A stretch of DNA of 64,000 nt from a virus. Position 1 is the stretch's first letter, and the number at the start of each line of letters is the position of its first letter. The DNA is taken from positions 9,422 through 73,421 of the IMG/VR virus record IMGVR_UViG_3300034198_013268; one strand, given 5' to 3'. Shown one piece after another: positions 22,913 through 31,526 of this stretch. Made by a program: the position numbers and the translations under genes. The notes beneath the pieces are model-generated. The model was not told where the DNA came from and ran no database searches. It saw nothing but the letters and a program-made list of their open reading frames with translations.

Positions 22913-24972
22913 TTACCCAATCCTAGTATCTTTAAGAACGTAGCGCGAGAAGACGAAAGCATATCGAGTCTATTTTTAAACATGCTTCCAACTATCTGTA
23001 GGTGAACCTTGTCAGAACCGCTCAGCGCGCCATCTATGACTAGTCTTTGACGCATTTCTTCAAAGTCAAATTCTTTAGCCCTGCTGATTAACTTGTCAAA
23101 CATTAGTACAGCTTGTTTTCTTTGCTCGAGTTTTAACTTTTCAAAATGCTGTCTATACATATTTCTGAGGTCATCCTCAAAAAAATCTTGCATTTCTCTT
23201 CTGATTCTAGCCCTGTTAGACGATGCCGTTCCTTCTGCAAGTCCAGCCATAGGATTTATGGAAGCAATGGCGTGCATCTTGCCACGTACGTTTACGGGCG
23301 CAATAGTTGAAGGGTTTCTTTTGTATGTGTCAAGAAGCCAGTCTGACATTGCTATTCCAAGAACTTCTCCAGCTGGTATCTGTGTGGCGTCAATAATTCT
23401 ATTCTGAGAACCTGACTGAATTGCGTCTTGAGCTTCAGAAATCAAGTAAGAACGACGAGCTCCAGTTCCTGTAACTCTAACTTTTGGAGCTATTAAACCC
23501 ATATATCTTTGCAGCTCTGAAGAAACGGATGCGCCTATGTGGTCATATTGATGTGTTGGGGCTATTTCAAATATTGTTTGACCATCAGCTCTTTCATGAA
23601 GAGTGACGCCGTTTTTAATTTTTCCTGTTTTGTACAGCTTGCTGCGCTTTAAAGCTTCGGCTCTTATTCCGGGAGCAACAAACTCTATAGACCCATTATT
23701 GTTCAAGTGCCTTACGGCACCGGACAAATCATCTATTTTTTCTACTGGTGTAGGGGTATTGGATGATTCTGCACGTCCTTCTACGTGACGATTTTTAGGG
23801 TTTTTAAGGTAAAAAGATTCGTAGTGCCAACGGCGTATGCGTGTTTTTGTATTGCTGCCTGGAAGCTTTACTTCAATTACCTCATTAGGGTCATCAATGT
23901 TAGGGAAGTTTTCGGAGTACCTAATGGCATCTTCCATCTCCGAGGCTACGTATCTAAGACGTGCAGCGGGGTCTCTGCTGTTGTTTATTTCAGCAGCAAC
24001 ATTTACCGTCTTGCCAAGCTTGCGTCTTTCACCAACGGTAAGCGGTCTAGCTTTTTCTATATTTAGTGTTCCGCCGCCTTTAAGTACGTAGCTTATTTTA
24101 TTAATACCAGTATTGGACAAGAGACCGAGTTCTTCAACGCCTATATTTTTTGCATCAAATGCTGTCGTTACGTACGTAGCCCCCTCCATGTCCCTGTTGT
24201 CAGGGATTGTTCTCAGAACGCCAGCCGAAACTACTGGTTCCAAAACAAAACCATCTCGTCTAATCATTCTTGTGGTCGGAACGTCTATCCCAGACATAGC
24301 TTCAAGAATTGTTTTAGTAGCAGAAAGATTTGCATTTCTATTAAATGCTGAAACTTTTGGAATTTGCGGCGCTCTTGATTGAATAACTTCACCCGATATA
24401 TTGAGCGGTTTTACAAGTTCTCCACCTGGTGTTCCATTGCCGCCTCTACCGCCCGCGTTACGCAGGGCATTTCCTATTGCCTGCCCAATTATGTGAGGGA
24501 AATCAAAAAGCTGTTTTCCACAAGTTGAATAAGTTGCGTCAGTAAATCTTCCGCCAAATTGAAAGCCTTCTGGGCATCTAAAACCACGAGTGGGTTTGCC
24601 TGAAAAAAAATGCGGAGTTGGGTGCCTTGGTATTCCGTTGGGTGTTACGGCCTGCCATCCAACGGAACGCGCGGGGTTTCTTGCTACCGAGGCGTTTCCA
24701 GGGGTTATTATACTTCCAGCGGACTGAAGACCTTGCAATATTCCGCTATCAGAAGTAATTGTTCCAACTTTTACGTCGTAGTTTCTTGTTCCACCATTTC
24801 TCTGCATTGCGCATTTAAAAGCTACGGCGTTTGCGCTGTTGTCAAGAGCACGCATAGGAGCATAGAAAGCATTTGGATGCTGTATTGCAAGCGTCGGCGA
24901 AAAGAACCTAGTTCTATAAAATGAAATTTCTGATTTTTGCTCGCAGCAATTAGAAAGAGATACTGTCTTCAT
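22909..24972 (-). CDS. 687-aa protein with RCP leader and a C-terminal HipA/PI3K-like (possibly inactive) kinase fold
   Basis: RCPEGFQFGGRFTDATYSTC leader. SELQRYMGLIAPKV...SDWLLDTYKRNPSTI resembles the HipA-like DxLxxNxDRxxxN motif but is degenerate. Confidence 0.65.
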   Translation of the reverse strand: MKTVSLSNCCEQKSEISFYRTRFFSPTLAIQHPNAFYAPMRALDNSANAVAFKCAMQRNGGTRNYDVKVGTITSDSGILQGLQSAGSIITPGNASVARNPARSVGWQAVTPNGIPRHPTPHFFSGKPTRGFRCPEGFQFGGRFTDATYSTCGKQLFDFPHIIGQAIGNALRNAGGRGGNGTPGGELVKPLNISGEVIQSRAPQIPKVSAFNRNANLSATKTILEAMSGIDVPTTRMIRRDGFVLEPVVSAGVLRTIPDNRDMEGATYVTTAFDAKNIGVEELGLLSNTGINKISYVLKGGGTLNIEKARPLTVGERRKLGKTVNVAAEINNSRDPAARLRYVASEMEDAIRYSENFPNIDDPNEVIEVKLPGSNTKTRIRRWHYESFYLKNPKNRHVEGRAESSNTPTPVEKIDDLSGAVRHLNNNGSIEFVAPGIRAEALKRSKLYKTGKIKNGVTLHERADGQTIFEIAPTHQYDHIGASVSSELQRYMGLIAPKVRVTGTGARRSYLISEAQDAIQSGSQNRIIDATQIPAGEVLGIAMSDWLLDTYKRNPSTIAPVNVRGKMHAIASINPMAGLAEGTASSNRARIRREMQDFFEDDLRNMYRQHFEKLKLEQRKQAVLMFDKLISRAKEFDFEEMRQRLVIDGALSGSDKVHLQIVGSMFKNRLDMLSSSRATFLKILGLGK

Positions 24973-25648
24973 CCAATGGTACCATTCTTGTTTTTTCTAC
25001 TTCGTATCCATGTTCATGTTCCCAGTTGTCATCATCACAGATGTTTTTGACAAATGCTGGTTCCATAGCTATAAAATCTGAAAGCACCGTATATGCATGT
25101 TCCCAGTCTGCTTCTGTCACAACAGGGCTAAAAGTTTCATCAGGAGACTCAATGCCCATAAAAGCTAATGACTTTTTTCCTTCTCTAGATGTAAGTTTTC
25201 TGAGTCTATTATCAAAATCTTTATCCGACCAAAGACTACCATGTATGCCTTTTTTTAGTTTCTTACGGCAGTTCTTCATACCTGGATGATGACATCCTTC
25301 ATTAGGCCACAACCCGGTGGTTTCATGGTGCAACCAAGCACAAATATTATTCAACGGGTAAAGCTCAGGATGGTCAGCCAAAATTACGCGACACCTACGG
25401 AAGCCGCCTTCCTTGCGCATGATTGGACGCCAATAACGGAGAAGGCGCTCAAGGTTGCCACGGCGAGGACCATAGCCATGCAATACGTCTCCGGAGACCC
25501 GTTCCTGAGGAAGAGTATCTGGTACAGCGTTGCTTCCAGTGGGGATTCTGTCACCCATTGCGTTCATTAGGTTCTGGACTCTATCTCCGGCTTTTTCCTC
25601 ATTAGTAATAACTATTTTTGAGTTCATCAGAGTATTGATGATGTCCAT
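24950..25648 (-). CDS. Head-cluster hypothetical protein (232 aa) with Cys/His motif
   Basis: GNLERLLRYW...GGFRRCRVIL...CAWLHHETTGLWP resembles a small module I recall from actinophage capsid-maturation-region proteins. Confidence 0.7.
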   Translation of the reverse strand: MDIINTLMNSKIVITNEEKAGDRVQNLMNAMGDRIPTGSNAVPDTLPQERVSGDVLHGYGPRRGNLERLLRYWRPIMRKEGGFRRCRVILADHPELYPLNNICAWLHHETTGLWPNEGCHHPGMKNCRKKLKKGIHGSLWSDKDFDNRLRKLTSREGKKSLAFMGIESPDETFSPVVTEADWEHAYTVLSDFIAMEPAFVKNICDDDNWEHEHGYEVEKTRMVPLDEDSISF

Positions 25649-25722
25649 AAAATTGGCCTTTGCTGGATTGTTTCTTTTATTAATTGTACGCGCTTATATG
25701 TGCGTACTGTAAGTGTCAATAG

Positions 25723-26070
25723 TTAAATTGAGGAATTGCGGAATATGTCTTTCACCCCAAGGTGTAGTCCATTTATAGCAACGTGTACCTTTTCATTATA
25801 GGGGTTGTACTCTTCCTCAGGCATACCATCGAGTCCTGTACCAAAGTATTTATCTCTCCACTTTTGGTCATCCCAGCGTTCCGACCATAACTCCTGCTGA
25901 GTGGTTGTAACTTCTAGTTTTTCAAGGTCCGACCTGTTGTGGGCAAAATCCCAGAAAGGAACTACGGTTTCTTTTGAACCTATTTTTACTACTCCATTGT
26001 AGTCAATGGCTCCTGGAACAAAATAGAGGGTTGAGCCATCTCCAAATTTGCCAACAAGTACTTTTTTCAT
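25723..26070 (-). CDS. Small hypothetical protein coupled to the 1731-aa protein (possible partner or immunity protein)
   Basis: 115-aa ORF overlapping the upstream stop by 4 nt. Confidence 0.7.
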   Translation of the reverse strand: MKKVLVGKFGDGSTLYFVPGAIDYNGVVKIGSKETVVPFWDFAHNRSDLEKLEVTTTQQELWSERWDDQKWRDKYFGTGLDGMPEEEYNPYNEKVHVAINGLHLGVKDIFRNSSI

Positions 26071-29000
26071 GCTGAAGTACTCGATTTCCTTGAGTTGAGT
26101 ACTCTTTCCATCTCTTGAGCAATTTTTTCTTTTATTTCATCCTGAAGATTAAGACGGATTGCTTTTTCCGCATCCGCAGATTTTGGCGCTCTTGAATTAT
26201 GTGTGCTTGGGGAAAATACGTCTAAGCCGGCCTGGTTTTTAACGGTTAGTCCAATCCCCTTGCCGTCAAGATATTCTTTAAAATTCTTTGCAGCCATGAA
26301 TGTTTCTAGTCTTTTCATGTTTTCGGGGATGTAATTAGCTTCACGGAGGTTTTTTACAGCATCTAGTTTTGCCGAAGATGTAATGCCCATTTTGAGTATT
26401 GCATCATCAGAAAGAGGGTCTTCTTTAAAATTGGCAAAAGACTTAGGTATAGCGTTGTAATCTATAGCTACGTGTTCTATTTCTTCTGGTTTTACACCGC
26501 CGAGGGTTAAGGACTCCATGGGTGCGTGTGTTCTCTCTGTAATTTCCGAACCGTCCGTGTTTCTGCCAGGACGAGTTCTGTGCGCAGAGAAGTCTTTTTT
26601 CCATTTTCCGTAAAGCATTTCAAGCGGGCTTATGTTCCATGTGTCATCGGATTTAACGCCATCGTGCCCGGAATGTATCAATGCTTGCTGTATCAGCTCA
26701 GAGTTATCTGAGTTCATCCCAACAGGTCTAATGTGGTCATTTACGGCATCTCCGTACCCATAAGAGGTTCTAGCAGATACCTCTGGTCTTAATGTTAACT
26801 CAACGTCTCCGTATGTATCTACTCGGCCGCGAACACCATTGGTAGAGGGGGCAAATTCTGGGCTATACCTCTGCGGGTCAGTTCGTCCTGTTTGTGTCAA
26901 TCGGTCAGCAGAGTCTTTCAACTCACTTTCAAGCCAGTCTTGATGAACTACATGACCGGAGATTGGACGCATTTCTTCTGGGGTGTCTGGGTGGATACCA
27001 ATCCAGGCTTCATATTTTTTGCGAATGTTGTTTCCTGTAGCGTTTTTTCTAGCAACTCCAGAATCAATAACGTTTTTTATAGATGCGGAAGGAACTTGTA
27101 TGCGCACGCGAGGGTCTATGCCGGCGTGAAACTCATTTGCTGCAATTCGAACATCCCTAGCTAATGCTTCTTCGCTTGAGTTGGCTATGTACTTCATGAA
27201 ATCAGGGTCGAGTCCGCTTAGTTCGTTTAACATCCCACGGTCAGGGCCGTCTATGTTTGGATATCTATCGCTTGGGTGAATGGGTGAAACATTTTCACCA
27301 TTTGCTAAAGCCTTGATGTGAGATATTCTCTTTGTCAAGCTGTCTGCATAAGGAGTTCTGCGTGTCTGTAGTGTCTGAACTGGGAGGGTTGAAGCACCAC
27401 GCAAAGGACCGTTTATCTCATCTGCATACTTTGTACCTACGTCAGTTCCAAATGAACCACCTTTTTTAACGATGGCTTCTTTGGCATTTTCATTTCTTTG
27501 TGCAACCGACGATGCTGACATTTTCCCAGAAATATTCGAAGAAATTGGCTCGTTTTCGACAGAATCAATTTTACTCCCGGCGTGAAAACGACGTAAATCA
27601 TTGTTCCATTCAAATACGTTTAACCCCACTTGCGGCGTGCGCATAATGCTGGATTCAGGTATTTCATATTCAGTTATTTTTCCGCCAGCCTCTGTGTAAG
27701 CTTCGTCAAATGACTTCTTTTTATCTGTATTTCTAAGCTTTAAGAATTTTTTAACATCAAGAGTTGAGTCGTCATGTTTTACCCCTACTAAACGGCCATT
27801 TTTATTAACGTGCTTGCCACGTTCTGCTGCTACCTTGAGGTCGTCTACTGTTTCTCTTGAGACAAATACGGTGTTGTCAAAAATTGATTCAGCACCTTTT
27901 TCTCCATCATTGGTTATTGTCGTTCCAGTAACTGGGTTTTTTTGACGATGCAGTTTTCCGTCAGGCATTAGAGAGTATTTTGAACCATTCTCCGTAGTGA
28001 ATGACTTCATTTTTCCAGAAACGCCTTGTTCGTAATTGGCCATTTCTTTTTCATAGCGCTGCATATCGTCTTGATATTGTTTGCGTTTTTGTTCAACTAT
28101 TCTTGGAATAGAATCAACATCAAGTAAACCTTGAGGAGTGTCCGGGTTAGTAGCGGCTCGTTCAAGTATGCGCTGGACAACCTCTGCGGAAGCAAGTGCA
28201 TCGGCGTCTGCCGTATGCCAACCACTTCCAAGGTTTACATCAAGATATTCAGCTAAAGGACCCAGGGAACTTGAGGCTTTTTTGGTCCCATCTTTTGCTA
28301 CCTGTACGGGTCCGTCGGGGTTTTCTGGAGTCCATCTTGGCAGTAGCTCATCTGAAAGCGCTTTGCTGTCTATGACTCCAGCAGGAGTAAAACTCATGCC
28401 TTCTTGTGCAAGTACCCTATTGAGAACTTCTAGGTCAAATGGAGTGTACTGACCGCCAAGAATAGGGTTTTCGCCCATGAATGCAATAAGTTCTTCGTGT
28501 GCTTGTTTTATAGTTTTTTGCTGTGCAAGGTAAGCATCCGTAAGTGGTTCTTGAAGGTCGTTTTTAAGATTTCCTTGAGCCCATTCTCCCAATGGGATAC
28601 CTGGATTCATAAAGACATTAAATCTATCTATGACTTTCCCACCACGCATACGAACAGCGCCAAGCTGTACAGGCATGTTTCCATCGGCACCAAATCCTGT
28701 AGTTTCGTAATCAAAGTAAATAATGTCTAGCTTGTTATATCTATCGAGCATCTCTTGATAGCTTTTACACCCTCTAAAAATGTCAATTAGAGAACCCGTC
28801 ATTGGGCCATTATCAGGCTCTCTTGGGCGCGTTGGCTTTGATGCCATCTTCCCAACTATCCCACTAGAAGCGGTCCTGCGTTTCTGTTGGCTATTTCTGT
28901 TTACGGCACTTCTGACCCTATTTGCGTGCAGTGAGTCTCTTTGAAGTTGTTGACCGGTACCCATATGCCCGGAAATATTCCATTGACCTGGTGATATGCC

Positions 29001-31262
29001 ATTCATCCGCTGGCCGATGTCGTTTATTTCCCCGCGTATGCGTGGTTCTTCTGCGGCAACATGTGCCAGCCATTGACCGTGCAATGCATGTGCTGGGCTC
29101 ATTGGTACAAAATTTTCGCTTGGGTATTTTTTTCTGTAGCTTGCTTGTAATTTTGCATCAATAAAAGAATCAACAATGTTTTTTGTTCCAGCTTTTTGAG
29201 GAACTGGAACTACTGGTTGACTACCGCCAAGCTGCCCTCTCAAAAGTCTACTGATACCCATGCTTGTTTTTGGTCCAGTGCTTGGGTCCATGGTTGACTC
29301 GCCAAAAAGTCTCATAGTTGCAAAGTACTCTGCTCTTGCTTCTACGTTATTTGATTTTGCATAATCGCCACCGGCAAGTTCTGCCATTACTGCATGTTCT
29401 TCAGGAGTTACGTTAATGTTGTTAACAAAAGCATCGGTGAAGTTATTATGAAAATTAGCAAGGTCTGTTTCTAGGTCTATTCTTCTATGACCAACTCTTC
29501 CTCCTGTATAATTGCCAGTTTGAAGATTAAATGCAGCCTGCCTAATGGCATCAATACTTGGATGATTCATCGGATTTTGTATTTTTGACAAATCGATTTG
29601 CCATCCTCCAACTTCTACGTTGGGCCTTCTTGAAGTAGCAGGACCTGCTGGGTTTAATGTTCTGAAAGCTGGGTTAATTCCACCATTTGGCAAGATTCCG
29701 TACCTGGTAAGTTGTTGATTATCTAGACCAAGAGCATTTAGTTTATTGCCAAAATCCAGCAAGTGTCCAAACTCGTGAGTTGCTAGATAATGAGCTTTCC
29801 CTTCAAATGAGTGAAGTCTGCCGCTGGCATTGTGAAACTGATTATACGCACTGTTTTCACCTCTGCAAAAAGCAAGCAGAGCGGCTGGGTTTATCTCCAT
29901 CGTTACATGGACTCCGCCTTGGGCTGCCGAGTTGGCTTTTTTTGCTGCTGCTGTTGCGGCTACACCCGCAGACCTTCCGCCAGAAAGAATGCTCGGGGCA
30001 AAAGGTTTGACGCTTATTGCAACTGCAGTAGAAGAATCACCATCTATTTTATCAACGATGCTTAATCTTGTCATCCATCTGGCTGCATCTGGATTATTGA
30101 GCATTTCATTAATTTGCCCTTCCCAGAATGTTGTCATTATTTTTTTAGCTTGTCGGTGTTCAAAAAAACTTAACCCGCCAGGGAGGGCATTTTCAAATGC
30201 TTCGTCTATTTCGTTTGGGTCGACATTGGGCAAAAGTTGCGTCATGATATTCATGAAGTTCTCTTTTATTGATATGTCGCCAATCTCATGATAAGTACCG
30301 CTAGCATCAGGAAAAAGCTGTTTTAAACGTTGTCTGCTAATTCCGCCTTTGGGAGCGTCTCTAGCATCTCCAGTAAATTGATAGTGTAGGTGTTGCGCCT
30401 GGGAAGTCAGGATTCTCCCGCGTAGTATTCTTTCTTGTTCCGACAATTTATGGCTAGTTACGCCAATTACGGAACCCTTAATGTTTTTTCTTTGTTCCCT
30501 TGAACTCCCTTGCATTGCTCCAACAATGCCGTACTCGCCCAGTGCTGTTCTGATTCTACTTCCAACAGGCATCGAAGCCATTATTGATTCAAGTTCTTCT
30601 GGAGCAGCTATCCTTTCGCCCGAAGCGCTATAACGTGTAACGTTTGGCCCCCCATTTTCTATTCTGTCTCCGATTTGCCCTGACATTTGAGCAGAAGCGG
30701 TCATGCCTCTACGAACTGCTCTTCTTGCTGAACCTGCGGCTGTTTGTGGTGTAACAATAAAGCAGTTACTGCCCGTTATGTCGGTGAACTGGTTTGCTGC
30801 TGGAGTCCCTGGAGGGCAGCGCAATTTATTCTTGTCATCAACCCATAGTCCTCGTCCTTGCGCTACTCGGCTAAGTAGCGTGGGCATGCTTTCTTTTAGC
30901 TTGGGGCCAAGTGATTTAAAATCAAATTCATCGAGACTTTTAAATGATGGCGATTTTCTATTGCGCCAAAACTCATCAGTAACATAGTTTTCATATTCAT
31001 GAAGTTCGTTTGTACCAGCTTTGCAAAGAAATAGGTTCTTGCCTGGCGGTACAAGCGGTATCGGGTCGCCTTGTTCCCACGTTTTTATGTACTCTTCGTA
31101 TGGATTGGCAAAATTGGATTCTTTTTCAGCACCTTCTTCTTTTTTGGAAGACGGTGGAGAATCTTTTTTTATTTCATCAGGCACGCTCTTGACTAACGAC
31201 CCATTATTGGCCGCAAATCTTTTTAGTGCTTTATTAGCAAATGAATCTTTGTCCCAGCTCAC
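26067..31262 (-). CDS. Multidomain protein (1731 aa): RCP leader, zincin metallopeptidase, DEDDh (DnaQ-like) exonuclease, unknown module, divergent DUF3626-like domain
   Basis: THEFGH plus YAKSNNVEARAEYF (zincin). YFDYETTG...FDLEVL...WHTADAD (DEDDh). RPISG...YGDVELTLRPEVSARTSYGYGD...ESLTLGGV (DUF3626-like). Five [IV]xGxM linkers. Confidence 0.85.
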   Translation of the reverse strand: MSWDKDSFANKALKRFAANNGSLVKSVPDEIKKDSPPSSKKEEGAEKESNFANPYEEYIKTWEQGDPIPLVPPGKNLFLCKAGTNELHEYENYVTDEFWRNRKSPSFKSLDEFDFKSLGPKLKESMPTLLSRVAQGRGLWVDDKNKLRCPPGTPAANQFTDITGSNCFIVTPQTAAGSARRAVRRGMTASAQMSGQIGDRIENGGPNVTRYSASGERIAAPEELESIMASMPVGSRIRTALGEYGIVGAMQGSSREQRKNIKGSVIGVTSHKLSEQERILRGRILTSQAQHLHYQFTGDARDAPKGGISRQRLKQLFPDASGTYHEIGDISIKENFMNIMTQLLPNVDPNEIDEAFENALPGGLSFFEHRQAKKIMTTFWEGQINEMLNNPDAARWMTRLSIVDKIDGDSSTAVAISVKPFAPSILSGGRSAGVAATAAAKKANSAAQGGVHVTMEINPAALLAFCRGENSAYNQFHNASGRLHSFEGKAHYLATHEFGHLLDFGNKLNALGLDNQQLTRYGILPNGGINPAFRTLNPAGPATSRRPNVEVGGWQIDLSKIQNPMNHPSIDAIRQAAFNLQTGNYTGGRVGHRRIDLETDLANFHNNFTDAFVNNINVTPEEHAVMAELAGGDYAKSNNVEARAEYFATMRLFGESTMDPSTGPKTSMGISRLLRGQLGGSQPVVPVPQKAGTKNIVDSFIDAKLQASYRKKYPSENFVPMSPAHALHGQWLAHVAAEEPRIRGEINDIGQRMNGISPGQWNISGHMGTGQQLQRDSLHANRVRSAVNRNSQQKRRTASSGIVGKMASKPTRPREPDNGPMTGSLIDIFRGCKSYQEMLDRYNKLDIIYFDYETTGFGADGNMPVQLGAVRMRGGKVIDRFNVFMNPGIPLGEWAQGNLKNDLQEPLTDAYLAQQKTIKQAHEELIAFMGENPILGGQYTPFDLEVLNRVLAQEGMSFTPAGVIDSKALSDELLPRWTPENPDGPVQVAKDGTKKASSSLGPLAEYLDVNLGSGWHTADADALASAEVVQRILERAATNPDTPQGLLDVDSIPRIVEQKRKQYQDDMQRYEKEMANYEQGVSGKMKSFTTENGSKYSLMPDGKLHRQKNPVTGTTITNDGEKGAESIFDNTVFVSRETVDDLKVAAERGKHVNKNGRLVGVKHDDSTLDVKKFLKLRNTDKKKSFDEAYTEAGGKITEYEIPESSIMRTPQVGLNVFEWNNDLRRFHAGSKIDSVENEPISSNISGKMSASSVAQRNENAKEAIVKKGGSFGTDVGTKYADEINGPLRGASTLPVQTLQTRRTPYADSLTKRISHIKALANGENVSPIHPSDRYPNIDGPDRGMLNELSGLDPDFMKYIANSSEEALARDVRIAANEFHAGIDPRVRIQVPSASIKNVIDSGVARKNATGNNIRKKYEAWIGIHPDTPEEMRPISGHVVHQDWLESELKDSADRLTQTGRTDPQRYSPEFAPSTNGVRGRVDTYGDVELTLRPEVSARTSYGYGDAVNDHIRPVGMNSDNSELIQQALIHSGHDGVKSDDTWNISPLEMLYGKWKKDFSAHRTRPGRNTDGSEITERTHAPMESLTLGGVKPEEIEHVAIDYNAIPKSFANFKEDPLSDDAILKMGITSSAKLDAVKNLREANYIPENMKRLETFMAAKNFKEYLDGKGIGLTVKNQAGLDVFSPSTHNSRAPKSADAEKAIRLNLQDEIKEKIAQEMERVLNSRKSSTSA

Positions 31263-31280
31263 CGGAATTCCTCCAGATGA

Positions 31281-31526
31281 CTAGACTGCCGGCTCTGTGC
31301 TGTTGTCCTCTGGCGCTGTGTTTGCTTCAGCTACTACAACTTCTTCGACTGCGGCCTCTACGACCACAACCTCTTCAGCTACGGCAGAAACAGCTTCTTC
31401 CACTACTGCAACAACAACTTCTTGAGTTTCGGCTTTTTTACGCTTTTGTTTTTCTACTGGAGCAGCTTGGGCTACGGCCTGTGATGCCTTTTTAGCTTCG
31501 CGTTCTTCAGGGGTGAGTTTTCTCAT
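31281..31526 (-). CDS. Small low-complexity (basic then acidic, Val/Glu-rich) protein
   Basis: 81-aa ORF coupled to the upstream stop, with GGAGGA RBS. Confidence 0.65.
   Translation of the reverse strand: MRKLTPEEREAKKASQAVAQAAPVEKQKRKKAETQEVVVAVVEEAVSAVAEEVVVVEAAVEEVVVAEANTAPEDNSTEPAV

Noticed and set aside
25650-25720. TTGACA...TACAAT sigma-70 promoter upstream of the 232-aa gene
   Set aside because: The spacing is about 25 nt, too long for a canonical promoter; the -10 alone may be real but is unsupported
1261-30527. GxM linkers as internal translation starts (GGA AAA ATG resembling SD plus ATG)
   Set aside because: The Gly codon varies (GGA, GGC, GGG, GGT), the spacing to ATG is only 3 nt, and the I/V and S/T positions are conserved through synonymous codons. 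This favours a peptide signal, though it is not formally excluded without ribosome profiling.
772-31262. Inteins or stop-codon recoding as the explanation for the giant ORFs
   Set aside because: I saw no intein C-terminal HN-[CST] or LAGLIDADG blocks at module borders. The ORFs are open in the standard code, and TAA, TAG and TGA all act as stops in the window.
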